A stretch of 64,000 nucleotides of DNA from Takakia lepidozioides (lineage: Eukaryota > Plantae > Bryophyta), in assembly GCA_030704615.1 (NCBI GenBank), contig CM060732.1:73222001-73286000 (forward strand). The letters run 5' to 3'. The translations under genes were made by a program, and so were the position numbers. The notes beneath the pieces were generated by a model. It made no database searches, was not told where the DNA came from, and worked only from the letters and a program-made list of their open reading frames with translations. Each line of letters starts with the position of its first letter. The first letter of the stretch is position 1. Shown here in pieces: positions 12,981 to 25,940 of the stretch.

Positions 12981-14533
12981 AGATTCTTCGGGATCGGCAA
13001 CTTCCTTCGTACCTTCAGTCTGCGAGAAGGGGAGAGAATTATCCGCGCGCTAGGGGATCTTCGTTCATCTGCATACATAGATTTCCCGACAAGATTTCTT
13101 ACCGTGCACATGCCGAGCATGTAGAGGATATCGGGCCCAACATAAATGTTACGATGAAGGGACACACAGGAACGGATAGAGCGAGTACGTTTTCGAGAGA
13201 GGTTTGTTGTACAATACATTGAAGATTTTTTAGAGTTTTGCATCTGTAAATCCCATCGTGTAGTTAGAACGGTTAGTTTCTTACCAGAGCGAAGAGACAA
13301 CAAGGGAAAGGGAGTTGGCAAGGTTTTGAGAATTTTGAAATCTAGATGGGGCCTCAATGGAAATCTACAAGAGAATCAACGTCGCACGTTGCGTATGTGT
13401 CAATTATTGGCGATTTGCATGATTATTTTGGACGGGACTGATCGGGAGGAAGATAAACAAAAGAAGACGAAAAGATGTGGACAATGATACCAGAGGAACC
13501 AGGTAATACTTTGATTCGGGAGAATGCAGGGTTGACTGGACCAAAATGGACGTTAACGGCACAATTTTAGATGACTGCAATTGATGGTGTCATCAATTGC
13601 ATTTGAATTAACTCATTAAAACTAGCAAATATATATGTCATTGGATTCCTAGCTTCAATACGCACCCATAGCAACTCTCCAATCATGAATCCGATAAGAA
13701 ATGACTCTGCTATGGACTTTTGAACATCGTCATTGTGGACTATTACCGCAGTGAATGGAGTTCTTCTATGTGCCATTGGTGAATTCCATTGAAATTTGGA
13801 CTTAAGGTGGCCATTTTGGACCACATCATAGGTATGGATTTGAAGTGGCAAAATCATTTGTCATTTGACTCATATGGACTAATATATGTAAAAAATAGGC
13901 GTTTTTTGAGAAGTCCATAGCTCATCTTGTTTTTTGGATTTTGAGTGTCATTTTTTTTCTAGAAGTATAAAAACCTATAATCTTCAATGGCTTGGTGACA
14001 TATTGAAATGTTTTTGTAAACTCTAATTTTTAGTTTTTCATAAATTCTCTAATAATAGTTGTTAATGTATTATATCTTTAATATTTGGGATAGGACTCTT
14101 TACTAAATATGTTCAGTATACCATTATCTATCATTAAAAAAATATTTTGGATAGTATCATCAACTTTTGTTTTTTTGGGTCATGGAGCAGGATCTGCCGT
14201 TTTTGATCCACTCAACCTTGCAACTGCCCATTCGACTGATCTCTGACGCGAGAGAGTGTTTGTTACAAAAACATCCAGACTGGTGGTACGTGACCCACCT
14301 TGTTCATTCCGATCTGTGACAAACATTCTAGCAAAGCTCTTTATCGTCTGTGTAGTTGGTATCTCTTGCAAGACATAAAAATAAAAAGCTCGGGGGAGGA
14401 TGGGAGGTGAGTGACATGCATTTCCGTGCATGTTATTTTTTGCCCCTAAGTTTTTTGATCCCCTAGCGCGCGGATAATTCTCCCATTCTCGCAGACTGAA
14501 GGTACGAAGGAAGTTGCCGATCCCGAAGAATCT
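12981..14533. mobile_element. Putative TIR element with ~78-bp near-perfect inverted repeats (12981-13059 and 14457-14533)
   Basis: AGATTCTTCGGGATCGGCAACTTCC...CGCGCGCTAGGGGATC and its reverse complement; no TSD or intact ORF seen. Confidence 0.55.
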
Positions 14534-14869
14534 CTGTTTTGGGTTTTTTTTTCCGTGTATTCGGACCGTTATGGTAGTAACTTGTGCCCTATTTCAGTAT
14601 TTATACCAACAAGTAGTAGTGGTGGGGGGACTCATTACGTTGCAAACAGTCCCTTGGAAGGGTTTGATAGACATGGTAAACCCGCATGTTCATAATTTTC
14701 ATCTTATTTTGTGCTCTCTTTTTCAAGATACTGTTGTGTTAAGCATGTTCATGTTGCCTGCCAAAGTCCCTGCCAAGATCCTGATCTGTGCGCGAGATCA
14801 TACTAAGAACTTTCAATATAGACTTGTTAATCCCTAGACAATCTGAAGGACAATCGGGACCCATTAATA

Positions 14870-15420
14870 ACAACGACTAGCAGAAGTGGGGAGGCGCATT
14901 GTCCTCGATGATTGCTTGAGGTTTTTCCAGTTTAACGTCTCGCTCGAATTCGGGGCGAGGCGGTGGGTGCCTAGAATCTCCCTCGAATCTCCAACGTTGT
15001 GGGGATGCTTGTTCCACACATACTGGTCGTGACCCTGAAGGTAGCATAGAGCTCTGCATGTCGTCGTGATCTCTCGATACTGTACAACATTTGACCCACG
15101 CTTTTTTAGATTCTATCTGCAGATCCTGATAAATGAGAGTAAGGTCGAGCAGGTCTCCCCTCTAGAATGTGTTTCTATTCATTATTTGCCACAGAAATGC
15201 AAAAATCTTTGCAGGCCTACTTTTGGTCCAGATAGAGGCCCACATTGCATTCCAATTTTCATCTCTGAAGCCGTCATTCACCCACTTCTCCTTCCACACG
15301 CGTTGCATTGGCTGGTCATTGGTAAGAGCCATGTAGGCTTTTTTGGTAGTACCAACAACAAATGCACACAGATGTGTGTGGAAAGCGTGGAAATCGTTGA
15401 CGTAAGTTGCTACAGAGGCT
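14870..15420 (-). mobile_element. L1-type LINE ORF2 3' remnant
   Basis: WNAMWASIWTKSRPAKIFAFLWQ (zf-RVT-like) and DLQIESKKAW, similar to IEAKKAW near 19250. Confidence 0.6.
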
Positions 15421-16353
15421 CAAGGTTAAAGTGACAGACTTGATATTAAATGAAAATCCTATGAGATGATGTGGCGACGCTTCCACAACGAAGAGGATGG
15501 TTAGCCTCTGGTTTATGATACCCAGTGTCCAGAAATAAGTAGTTGGCTGAATAAGTCCTTTGTACCATCACCAAGGTAGTGTATGTAGTGTTGGAAGTGA
15601 CACCTAAAAGTGTCCAGGCAAGCCAAAGAACATGTGGAGAGCATTGGACAATCCCCTTTCCCAGCAAACAACCATCACCGGACCGATTGCCCACTGCACT
15701 TTGCAGCCCATGGCTACCTTTCACTTGCAACAGTTCCATTGGCTGTAATGGCTCCGTTCATATTTGGGGAAATAGTCTCTTATTAACACAGTCTTGGGTT
15801 GTGTCATCCCTCTTGGATAAAGATGCTCAAAAGCTCCTCTAAAATCTATGATCAGGTTTCATGAAAAAACTAATCTAGAAGAACACTTGAATTCTACATT
15901 GGGAAATGGCAAATTCTTTTCTGTAAGAACCAAACACATTCACCAACCATGAGCACAATATATTAACAGTCCACAATGGATTCTTACTTCATGAGTGGCA
16001 TTCCATTGGGCTAGCACAACATGGTGACAAGGTTACTCACATATTGCACAACATAGTGCCTTGGCTACTCAGTAATTCTGTAACAACATCTCCTAATATT
16101 CTTTTTGTATTCATTCCCCATCTCTCTCCAGTCTGAGGAGTGGCATTGATGGGGTTGACATTCTCATAGAGCAGGACTGCTTTAGTTTCACATAATGCTC
16201 ACCTGCTAGTTTTCTGCTGTGAGTGCCTGGGGGAAGGCTAACAATGGTCAGTCTGGCAATATTCAACAGATTAATGCCTCACTGCTACAAAAATGCACCT
16301 GATAACTGAACTGCTCAGTTTCACTGTAATTGAAACTCATGAGGAACGGTGGT

Positions 16354-17671
16354 TCAAAGAGCATCACGGGCAGCAATGCGGCAGGTGATTGCATCCGCCA
16401 GCGATGATATCTCCAGCTCCACAGAGGATATCTTGTAATGCTGCACAGCAGACACTGCTGGACATGAGCACCCCTTTCCCGCAAACTTGTGCCAATATCC
16501 AATTACCTATTCACAGAATCTGTGTAAACTCTACTCCACAACATCGAATAACATGACATTTGCATACCTTGTGGATGAGGGGATGAGCGGCTCTTTCATA
16601 AAGCTCCTGCACGCTAATTTCTGTGCCTTGCACTAGGGCCCTTGTTGCCTCCAACTGCACAGCATATAAGACAGTTCTAGTGATTAGAGCCAGAGAATTT
16701 CACTCCTGGCATGTAATAGAGACTACCTTTCTCCTCCATCATAGACAGAAAACATACATCTTACACAGATCCATAATACCACTTCATTGTAGGGTTTCTG
16801 CATGCTATATAAATGCCGGAACTTCCACATCCCAAGGGATACAGAAACGCTCTCAAGTAGTTGTAGCTTTGCTTCATTACATTGCACACATCAAGCAAGC
16901 AAAGCTGACGGTACCTCTTCAGCTGTGGCATCAAATCGAGCAACCAGCACATAGCTGCTGGACTCATTGATTCCACATCTGCGCAGTGATTCTGTGATCT
17001 GGAATCCTTGGTCAAGGTCCTCAGTGTGCCACTATCCCTCTTTGAATTCAACTTTAGGCCTCAATTCAGTCTAATTGAGTAGTACCACCAGTGCCACATG
17101 CAAACAAAAGGATACATGCTTTGAACCCGAGTAGTTGTAGATGAGCTCTGAATGGAGAGTCCGAGTCACCAGGCTTTCCCGTGCCTGTGCTAGCAACGCC
17201 TTGTGGGCTGCAGCCAGCACTGGGAATGTGTCCGCAACCTGTCCACCCCCGTTTCCCTTGATTCATGTGACGCATCCTATCTCTTCAACAATGGAAGGTA
17301 GCTGGCAGGCCAATTTTAAGCAAGCATGTAAGCTAATATACCGCGTTGCTTTGGGCGGGGAGTTAGGCTAGCATAGAGTAGCATACATGACGCAGAACAC
17401 ACCATAATGTTGAAGGCCAACCAAGAAAGGACTCACAAGAGCAGCGTTGAAGAAGGCCAACTCTGGTACCAGGGAGCCTGCTTGCATCGCCTCCACCAGC
17501 TGTCTGCATCATGCTCCCCACTGTCAGCGCCCTGGCTTCATTAACTACAGGCAGCTTCCCACTAACTAATAACCTCAAACATGTCCAAGCACACCTGCTG
17601 TTTGTGACCTCCGTGAAGAGCAAGAGATGGAGTGTCCGACCCGGCGGCGTATCCAGCTTGAACTCTGCCAT
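16354..17671 (-). CDS. CGI121: EKC/KEOPS subunit CGI121/TPRKB; exons 17595-17671, 17437-17503, 17116-17238, 16915-16998, 16568-16654, 16354-16440
   Basis: Spliced product MAEFKLDTPPGRTLHLLLFTEVTNSR...FPVLAAAHKALLAQARESLVTRTLHSELIYNYSGSKHITESLRRCGI...HYKISSVELEISSLADAITCRIAARDAL; all introns GT-AG and in phase. Confidence 0.95.
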
Positions 17672-18549
17672 CTCCCTGTCCCTTTCTCGCACACAGTTAC
17701 ACACACAACGATTGTCGGGGTTTTGCAGGGTTTCTATCTACAGACCACAAAATTCGCTACAGCATGTTGGGTGTTGTGTGGAATTGGAAAGCAATAACTC
17801 GTCTACATACATGCAGGCCTGCAGAACACGAAGTCGAGCTTGGCAGGCACGGGCACGCCGCACCGTCAGCTTGCAGGGCTCGTTGGTACTCTATGCTGGC
17901 CTGCAGCACAGCACGCAATGGATATACCTTTCCGGGCGTTCTACTTTTAATGCCATGCATGGGATGATTGCCCTTGGCTAGCTTGCAAGCAAGCACGGGC
18001 CAGATGGTTGCAAGTTGCAACCATGCTTCACACACCTTCACACACCTTTCGAGAGTCCTGAACCAACCCCTTCACAATGGCTATAGAGGGGCCATTTCAG
18101 TGAGAAGGGTGGGGATGCTCTTATGGTATCCTCGAGCGAAGTGCTTGCCCCGCCAAGAGAGGGATGGAAGTGCGTTCATGGGTTCTCCTGGGAGAGGTTA
18201 TATCCACGGCCTTTCTTCTTCTTGCAAGAGGGCCGTGGGGCCGTGTCCCTCCAGACTGGAAGAGGTTATGATACATCACTGGGAAGGTATGGCGATGCCG
18301 CTCTTTTTGCAATCAATTTGGACATCGAGAATGTAAGCTCCTACCTCGTGGAGGACGAGGAAGGTGCACTGTAACTTGTTTGTGAGGGGTGTCACTGATT
18401 TCCAGGTCCCGTTGATATGGAGTTCCTTCAGCTCGTCTGTTCCTGTCGTGCTTGGAGAAGATTTCCAGATGAAAATGAGACAGCAGGTGGCAGGCCAGAG
18501 TGAAGAGAGAGTGATCTGATAAAATACATACAAAAAAGTCAAGCAAGTT

Positions 18550-19380
18550 TCAAAAGGAGAGTTGGTACATAATGCAAAGAAAGACTTCCACCACCAAAAT
18601 CCTGAAATCGCCTCCCTCCCACTCCCAATTCTCTCTCCGAAAGTAGGAACAATCCAGGCTCCGTATGTTCTTTTCGCCCATTTCAGAAGATGCTGAACGT
18701 TTTTTGGTCGAAGTTATGGTCTTCGAATGCCTGTAGAGAAACCACAGTTTAATCGACACCCTTGCCGTCACCTCATGCAGTATCTCCTGAGATTTGAATA
18801 TCTGGTCATTTCTCTCCTTTTCATTCATGGGGAGCTATATACTTGCTGCATGGCTGCGGACACATCCTCTGTGGGTTTATATTTCCTCCCATCTACAAGC
18901 AGATTGCCACCAGAGCTCTAAAAGTAGGACAGTGGCTGGAATTCCCAAGGCTCTTCCATTCAAGTGCTGCTCGGCTGGAATAGTAGAGTCACTGGAATAC
19001 TGTCTCCTGTATTGTGTGGCACCTATCAAAAACTTGCATCTTTTGAAAGACCTCTACCAAACCTGCACTTGGCTGGGTCTCCTCCTGAACCATGACCAGA
19101 TTGCGAAAAACAAATCCTTGGATTGCCCTGTTTTTAATCCTTCATAGGCACTACCCTATGGCACCTCTGGAAGGCAAGATGCAGCTGGTCACTCTTGGGA
19201 TCCTCTCTCTCTGCCACAGCCATGTAATCTCTTGTTTTTCTTTAATCTGACTATCGAAGCTAAAAAAGCTTGGGCGCAATGCTTGTAGAAATCAACAGGC
19301 ATCCGCAAAGCAAATGCGCAATCCATGGCTGTTTCCAGTCTACCTGGGCGAATCAGGAGATCCTATGTAGAAGTAGAGAC
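18550..19380 (+). mobile_element. L1-type LINE ORF2 3' remnant
   Basis: CCSAGIVESLEYCLLYC (degenerate Cys/E..H motif), LWHLWKARC, IEAKKAW...FQSTW. Confidence 0.6.
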
Positions 19381-22300
19381 CAGCAATCAATAGAAAAAAT
19401 GAACAAGCGCCACCAATTATCTGCCTTCTCGAAGCAGCTTAGAATAGTAGATCCCGGCCTTGGGGAGGAGTTCCTTCAGCAGATCAAATCTCACTATGAC
19501 AAACATGTACACCCGGAGATGCAGCAGAGAAAATTGCACTGGCTGGCCATCTCAATGGTTGACCCCCAAACGAAAATAAGATGGCCGGAGATTTGGAACT
19601 CGGATCAGACAGTGAAGGACTTGAATCAGTTTCCTAAGAGCACAATCCAGCCTAGCACAAAGGTGGAGGGAATCAGTGACATTGTGTTTGACAATTGACT
19701 TCACAAGGCCACATTTTGGAGTCAGGTGTGTATTCAATGAAGTTCCATCTTTCGTGACTTCATGAATCTAATGACTTCCTTATTTACAAAACTGACAGAT
19801 GTACTTTTTGTAGCTGGAGAAGCGCGCCATCCTTGTGCTTGAGCAGAATTTGAAGGACTTGAATATTTCCATTGTTTCCCCGCCTCAAATGACATTGGAG
19901 GCATACATCAGGAAGTGGAGAGGTCTCACTTGGCGATACTGTTTTTTCCGGGAGTTTTCGAAGGATGGTAACATTTTGCGGTCCAACGACTTTGACAGTC
20001 AGGTTGGGGGGGAGTGGGCCATGATGCGAGTTATGTACAGGTGCAATGTCCAACTGGAAACTGTGTTGCCTCTTGTGAGAAATCCTTAGGCTTTGTTAGC
20101 AGTGTTATTCACTGATATGAAGTGAATGGCGGTGCCGACAATCACTTCCATGGCTGTGAGCTTCTACAGATAGAGATTTCATTCACATGGATTAGAGAAC
20201 TTAGGGTGTGTTGGCAGTGTTCTTGAAATGAATTTTGTGAATGTCGGTACCGACTATCCAAGCTGTTGTGAGCTTCTATGGAGAGAGATTTCTTATACGT
20301 TTTGTAGGGAACATTGTCCTTTTAGGCAGTGTTACTCTAGGAATTTTTTGAATGTCGATGTCGACATTCACTTTGAGTGTTGTGGGCTTCTACAGAGAGA
20401 GATTGCTTTCCAATAGGGTAGGGATATTTCCCTGCAGAATACACAGGGAAGCAAGTGGTTTGTAAATTTTAACTTCATTTTCTTGGTCATTCATTTCATT
20501 CTGTAGTACTACTGTCAGGATCCAGTGTTATGGTTTGTATATCCATGAAACGTACTTTCTTTCAGGAATGTTATATTCGCCACCGACACTTAGAAAAGAC
20601 TTCTTTCTCACTTCATGCTTTGGTTCGTTGGGTTTTGTCTCATGGTTCGCAGGTACACAAAATATGTGCTTATGGATGGAAATCACCTCAGCGGTATCCC
20701 AAATTATCTTTGATATGTGGTCAGACCCTGGCAACGATCCAACCATGTACACTGCAGGAATATTGAAGGACTGGAGTCCTGCACACTTCAGAGACTGTGG
20801 TTGGTACCTGGACTACCCTCCTGAGCACACGACTTTTCAAGAGCAGCAAATGAAATATTTGAACAATCATGCTGAGATGCTAGCACCTCTGAACAACGAG
20901 CAGTACCAAAGAAACATAGCAGCATTGGCTGCCAAGGAGCCTGACGCGCAGGAAACAACCCAGAAGGGCAAGAAGGGGGTCGCAAGACCAAAGACAAGGG
21001 TTCTGATGGCATAGCCAAGTCACCAGCAAAGACAAAGGACAAAGACAAGTCGAAGGAGAAGGAGAAGGAGAAGGAGAAGGAGAAGGAGAGTGAGAAGGAC
21101 TTCACCGCCCGAAGGTATAGCTACACAATTCAGTGCGTGTTCGATGCCAGACCACACCCTTCCCGTGCTGATTTGGTAGGGGAGATTAAGATTGTCAATG
21201 AGGGATGGCTGGCGATGATGGAGAGTCGGAAGAAAGGATACACTGGGGTGCTTTCGCCTACTTGAGATAACATGTTCTCTTTCCTTAATCTAGTGGGAAT
21301 TTCACTTTCTTTCTTGTGCATTTGTAAGTGACATTGACAGTATTGATCTTTGTTTCCTTTCAAACATTCTTCTCTTCATTCTCAAAGTGAACATGTCTGT
21401 CACAGGTGAGCACTGGTCCCTCCTTCGTGTGCGGTGTGCAGAAAACGTTTGCTGTTGACATGGTCATTCTTGACATCCCGGACGGCCATGTTGTTCCAGA
21501 AGTTATTCCGAAGGGCAAGACGCCAAGCTGGAAACAATTCGATGACAACTACTGGAGTTGGGTGTTCGGGTTCTGCAATAATTTCCTTTCTGATGCAGGG
21601 ACACTTCTGTTCTTTCAGTCATGTGACAAGGATAGTCGTCAGCCATTGGCATCATACCTGAAGTTCTATGGGTTTGAAGTTCTGCGCACATGGAATTGTG
21701 TGAACATCCTCTACCTTGTGAAAGGGGGTTGTCATGGTCAGCTGATATGACGCCTCCCTCTTGCTTGTGCTTTCATGCTGCGTTTCAGTGATCTCTGCAA
21801 CGTAATTCTTGAAGAATCTGTGATGATCGGCACCGATCATCACAAATATGCAACAGATCAGTTTGTTGCATGCATATGTTTTGTTCGTTCAATCTACAAA
21901 CTTCCACTATTGTTTGTGTTTGGCACCCTAAACCTTCAGTATTTGCCAGACGAGGATGTTCGAGGCGATCTGCCTGCGGAGGATTCGCACCTCAAAGACA
22001 CCATCCTCCGTCCGCAGCTTTGAGATTTCTGACCAGGGGTGTTTCATCAACCCCTCGTATGAGCCGCATGTCGATGACATTTTGTACAACTTCATGCAGT
22101 CTAGTCAGACTCTCAAGAGACCAGATGGCACTCCCTGGAGAGATGCAAAGGAGAAAACCCCAGTGTTCATGCAGACACTGTTGGAGTCATGCAGCCACCA
22201 TTCTGCACGGGTGGTCGACCTCTCAGTATCCACAGGTTCGTTCTCTCCCTTCAAATTTCGTTTTCTTTCACCAGTTTCATCTTCGTAAATGCCCCCCCTT

Positions 22301-22460
22301 CCAATCGAATACCCAAACTTCATCTTATAAGTAGTTTCATTTTTCTTCTTGTGGCATACAGGAGAGGCAGCTATTGGTCTTCAACAGTGAAGAAAATTAG
22401 TGACGAGACTGCATACGACAGCCCCCTCCACAGTTTTGTGCTTCCTGTGTATGCCGAAGA
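19381..22460 (+). pseudogene. Intron-containing, decayed gene for a ParB-like domain plus beta-class N4C/N6A DNA methyltransferase
   Basis: YVLMDGNH (DGNH at 20675-20686); K/E-rich linker; motif IV-like VDMVILDIPDG (~21454-21486); WVFGFCNNFLSDAGTLLFF; WRDAKEKTPVFMQTLLESCSHHSARVVDLSVSTG (motif X/I, ~22136-22236); then GEAAIGLQQ*RKL..SDETAYD. Frameshifts near 20687, 20980 and 22400; donor mutated at ~21745. Confidence 0.75.
20095..20410 (+). repeat. About three degenerate ~115-bp tandem units in an intron of the methyltransferase gene
   Basis: TGTGRGCTTCTA..GA.AGAGATT recurs near 20155, 20267 and 20381; GCAGTGTT and GAATG.CG recur at the same spacing. Confidence 0.7.
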
Positions 22461-23214
22461 AATGACACTTTGCTGTCTGAGGCTCTATCCCCCGACCCCT
22501 TGCTGTCTGATAGCTGCCGTAGACATCGTAGTTCATGAGTTATGAAATTCTTGGACTTAGATGCAGAGGAGGCGGGGATAGATTGTAGTGACTCGGAGTC
22601 ATATTGACATTCGCAGTTTTCATGGACTTTTTCGAACTCATAATGCAAGTTTTAATTAATCGGACTGCATCCGACTTGTTCCGGCAGAATGGAAAATATA
22701 ACAGATTCTCCACTTGTACTGGAGGAGCATTCAACTACATGTTGAACCTTTCTATCAACCCCACACATTCATCACATTTTCAACCACAACACATTCATAC
22801 ATTACAAAATCATCCACTAACATTCATCCATTTTATATTCATCCAACGCCCATTCATCCATCCTTCGCATTGTTCATATTCATCCATCCAAATTTCATCC
22901 AACATTCGTTCATCCATCCTACCTTCATCTGACGCTTTCAGTGGGGAGTGACCACATTCTGTTAATTTGCAGTCGTACGTGTTCCCGTGGTGAAGGGTGC
23001 TATTCCGCGGAAATACACTATGTTTCTTCCTCGGCGCGATGGGAGACTGGTGACATGGCGTGGCGAGCGGTGACATGGCGAATCAGCTTGTGACGTGGTG
23101 TGAGCCTGGCTGCGCTTATGCCACTAGGCTCACGCCGAGGCATTCCCCACGAGCAACCGGGGTTACAGAGGGTTACACCAATGGAGGGTTACATCGACCA
23201 GGGTTATACACTAC

Positions 23215-23288
23215 AGGAGCCTCCCATCAAGAATCGAACGCTGAATCTCGCCGCCTTCAAACCTATCACCTTACCATCACGCTACCCA
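23215..23288 (-). other. Degenerate tRNA-like segment with Pol III A and B boxes
   Basis: Minus strand GGTAGCGTGATGGT...GTTCGATTC; no complete cloverleaf. Confidence 0.45.
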
Positions 23289-24249
23289 CCACAGCTTGCA
23301 ACCCACTCGGATTCTTAAGTACTAGGGCTTCGCGTTGCTCCGCACTACTAGCGACGAATTCTCAGAACTATGTTCAATTTGCACAAAAAGGGCGAGGTCA
23401 TCCCAAAGGTGTTATATACAGACATGCCCTATTTCATTGTTCTTAGGAAGATGAAGTGCTTGATGAAAATATCTTTCACGGAACAGCACGGAACAGCTGG
23501 ATCAGTCTTCCTGACTGTTAAGATGATTGGCAGTAATAAGATGACTTAATGAAGATTGTAGCATCTCACTTTCTATCGGAAGATATCTAGTACCTCAAAA
23601 GAAAATAACAGTCATCCAAATGTGCATAATCTAATGAGTATACTACAATGAGTGGCATCTACATCCCCAACAAATATGCTAAACAGAGAAAAGGTTCATC
23701 TGCTTGTGAAGTTGTTCTTTGACTGTAATGTGCAGTTGAACACATACAACGAACTTGCTGAATCGGTGTCTTGGAAGTATACTAACTCCTGGACCCTCCC
23801 CACTTTGGTCTGACAGAAGAGAAGTTGCATATCTGCAGACCTTAAGCCTCTAGATTTCAACTTCCAATATTTAACATGTAGATTAATTTGGAAGAGCCTC
23901 ACCAACCCCGCCATTGTGTGCATCACTCTCACTTGTGGTGCATAATGATTTTCCTCTCATTAATCATCACTATGGCCACTTGACTTATTCACCAGTAGGA
24001 TTGATCACCCTAAAGCCATCCTCTCATCTCTAATGGGAAGTAGGCATTGTGGATCACCTCCAAAAATTAAATTGTACTTCAAAGAATATTGTGGTCATAC
24101 ATGCACTTATATTGGACATGAGCATTGGAAGAACGTCCGCGATCACTAGAAATGCTGCCAAACTTGACAATGCCAAAGATCCCAAGTATCAGTGAGTGAC
24201 TGTATTGGATCCATAAAAGAACCTCTTGCTTATTTGACATAATCCCAAG

Positions 24250-25940
24250 AGTCCAAGGAAGACCCATGTTCTTTTTTAGAAAATACACGCAAAAGAATGT
24301 CCTGCTGAATAACACAAAGAATATGTCAGCTTTCACAATGCTCCACAGTTCGCACTGAAGAGTAATGTAACTGGTCCACAACATGCAACAGTTTAGGGTT
24401 GCAAGCAATCACTACGTGCCTTAGCCATACAACAGAGCCTGACAGCAATAATGACGGAATCCATCGCATGAAGGTGTAACTATCTGGCTTTGAATAGCAG
24501 ACTAGCTTCATACAATTGGGGCAACCATCAACAACATTCCCACTGGTTTACAGCTAAGCGTGGGCATTTAACAAGAACATAATATAGCATAATCAAATTG
24601 CCACCAGGATATCACTAGGCTACAGATGTTCATCATACTGTGGCTGGGGCTTTTGCCAAAATGGCTACAACAACAACCTAGCTGAGAAGGCCCCCATAAT
24701 TGACAATATAAGTTGATTACTAGGCCAAGCTCTAGTGCAATAGATTGTACAAAGATGCCTGAAGGGCTGCAGCCATGCGTCATAACAATGGCTGTTAGCC
24801 ACGCCCAAACAAAGAAAAACTGATGTGGACTCTAGTGAAGAAATGGTGAACAAGCAAGTAAAAGGCAACACATAAGTTTACAAACCTGCAGCTTGTCTAA
24901 CTTCTGGAACCGTTGGCCACACCTGTACTGCCATTAGGCATACGAACCAGAAGTGTCACAGCTTTGGATAATGTGGGCATGCACTTGCTTTCCCTCTGCT
25001 AGGCTTTCATTTTGACACAATCCGACAACAAGCACACATACCGGGCTTCGACCACTAAAGCTCCACTCCACGAGAATAATGCCAATAAAGAGGCCACAGA
25101 ACTAACTTGAATGCTTGGGTCATTTTCAAAGAACCACAAGCACTAAAGTCATGGTGCATCATACCAGCTTCAATCAGAAAATAACCACTGCCAATTTATC
25201 ATAGGAACTGCACATGACTTTAGGTAGCAGTAGAGAGCCTCACCTTATCAGCCCAGTTGTCCCACCACTGTGAAGCATCTGACATGAATTCTTGCCAAAG
25301 CTGTTCTATACTGTTTGCCATGACTGCCTGTAAACACCGTGAAAACAGGGCGGCAAGACTGGCGCACATATTGAGAATGCAAATGAACACAACTATTGGG
25401 CTTGACACCTCCCTTATCATTTGCTCATAGCCATTATATTCCACGTGATCAAAGATGGTTGAGGCATTCTATTGAACACTTGGTGAGCATCTATGATATA
25501 GCCTATATATGTCTATAGCCTATTTACACCCATGCTGAGCATATCCTGTTAACATTGCACTCCAAGAGACAACATCTTGTTGAGCCATATTGTCAAACAC
25601 TTGACGCGCATCCTTTAGGCTGCCACAGAAGCTGTGGTCACGATTGAGGTGCCTGATTCTATCAACTGTGCCGCTGCAGCTACTGCCTTTAGTTGACCAT
25701 CTACCCATGCAGTTTTATTGTAGATATTGATCCACATGGAATCATAGGTCATCTGGAGTTTAAAGTCCGGCCCTCTTGGATGAATCTGTCCACCCACACA
25801 CTATACCTGCTCCTTCAGCTATCCATGCCTCTATACAAATCATACATACATCCTTGCCTTGCTACTATCAGTTGACAATGACAGCCTAGATTTGTTCTAG
25901 GAAACACCAACTCAACTTATCACACTAGTTCATATGCTCA
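24250..25940 (-). pseudogene. Decayed PDF-motif/PLS-PPR fragments
   Basis: [103 protein letters not shown]; broken by stops and deletions. Confidence 0.8.

Noticed and set aside
13290-13430. PIF/Harbinger transposase remnant (RILKSRW)
   Set aside because: One weak motif; no DDE context or TAA/TTA TSD seen.
19270-19698. 142-aa ORF as a single gene
   Set aside because: Chimera of an L1 C-terminal remnant and an exon of the methyltransferase-region gene.
20095-20410. CRISPR-like repeat array
   Set aside because: Whole units are degenerate tandem copies without unique spacers, in a eukaryotic intron with no cas genes.
20788-21105. Minus-strand ORF with SF repeats
   Set aside because: Antisense shadow of the (AAGGAG)n K/E linker.
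23215-23288. Functional tRNA gene
   Set aside because: A and B boxes only; acceptor and anticodon stems do not pair.
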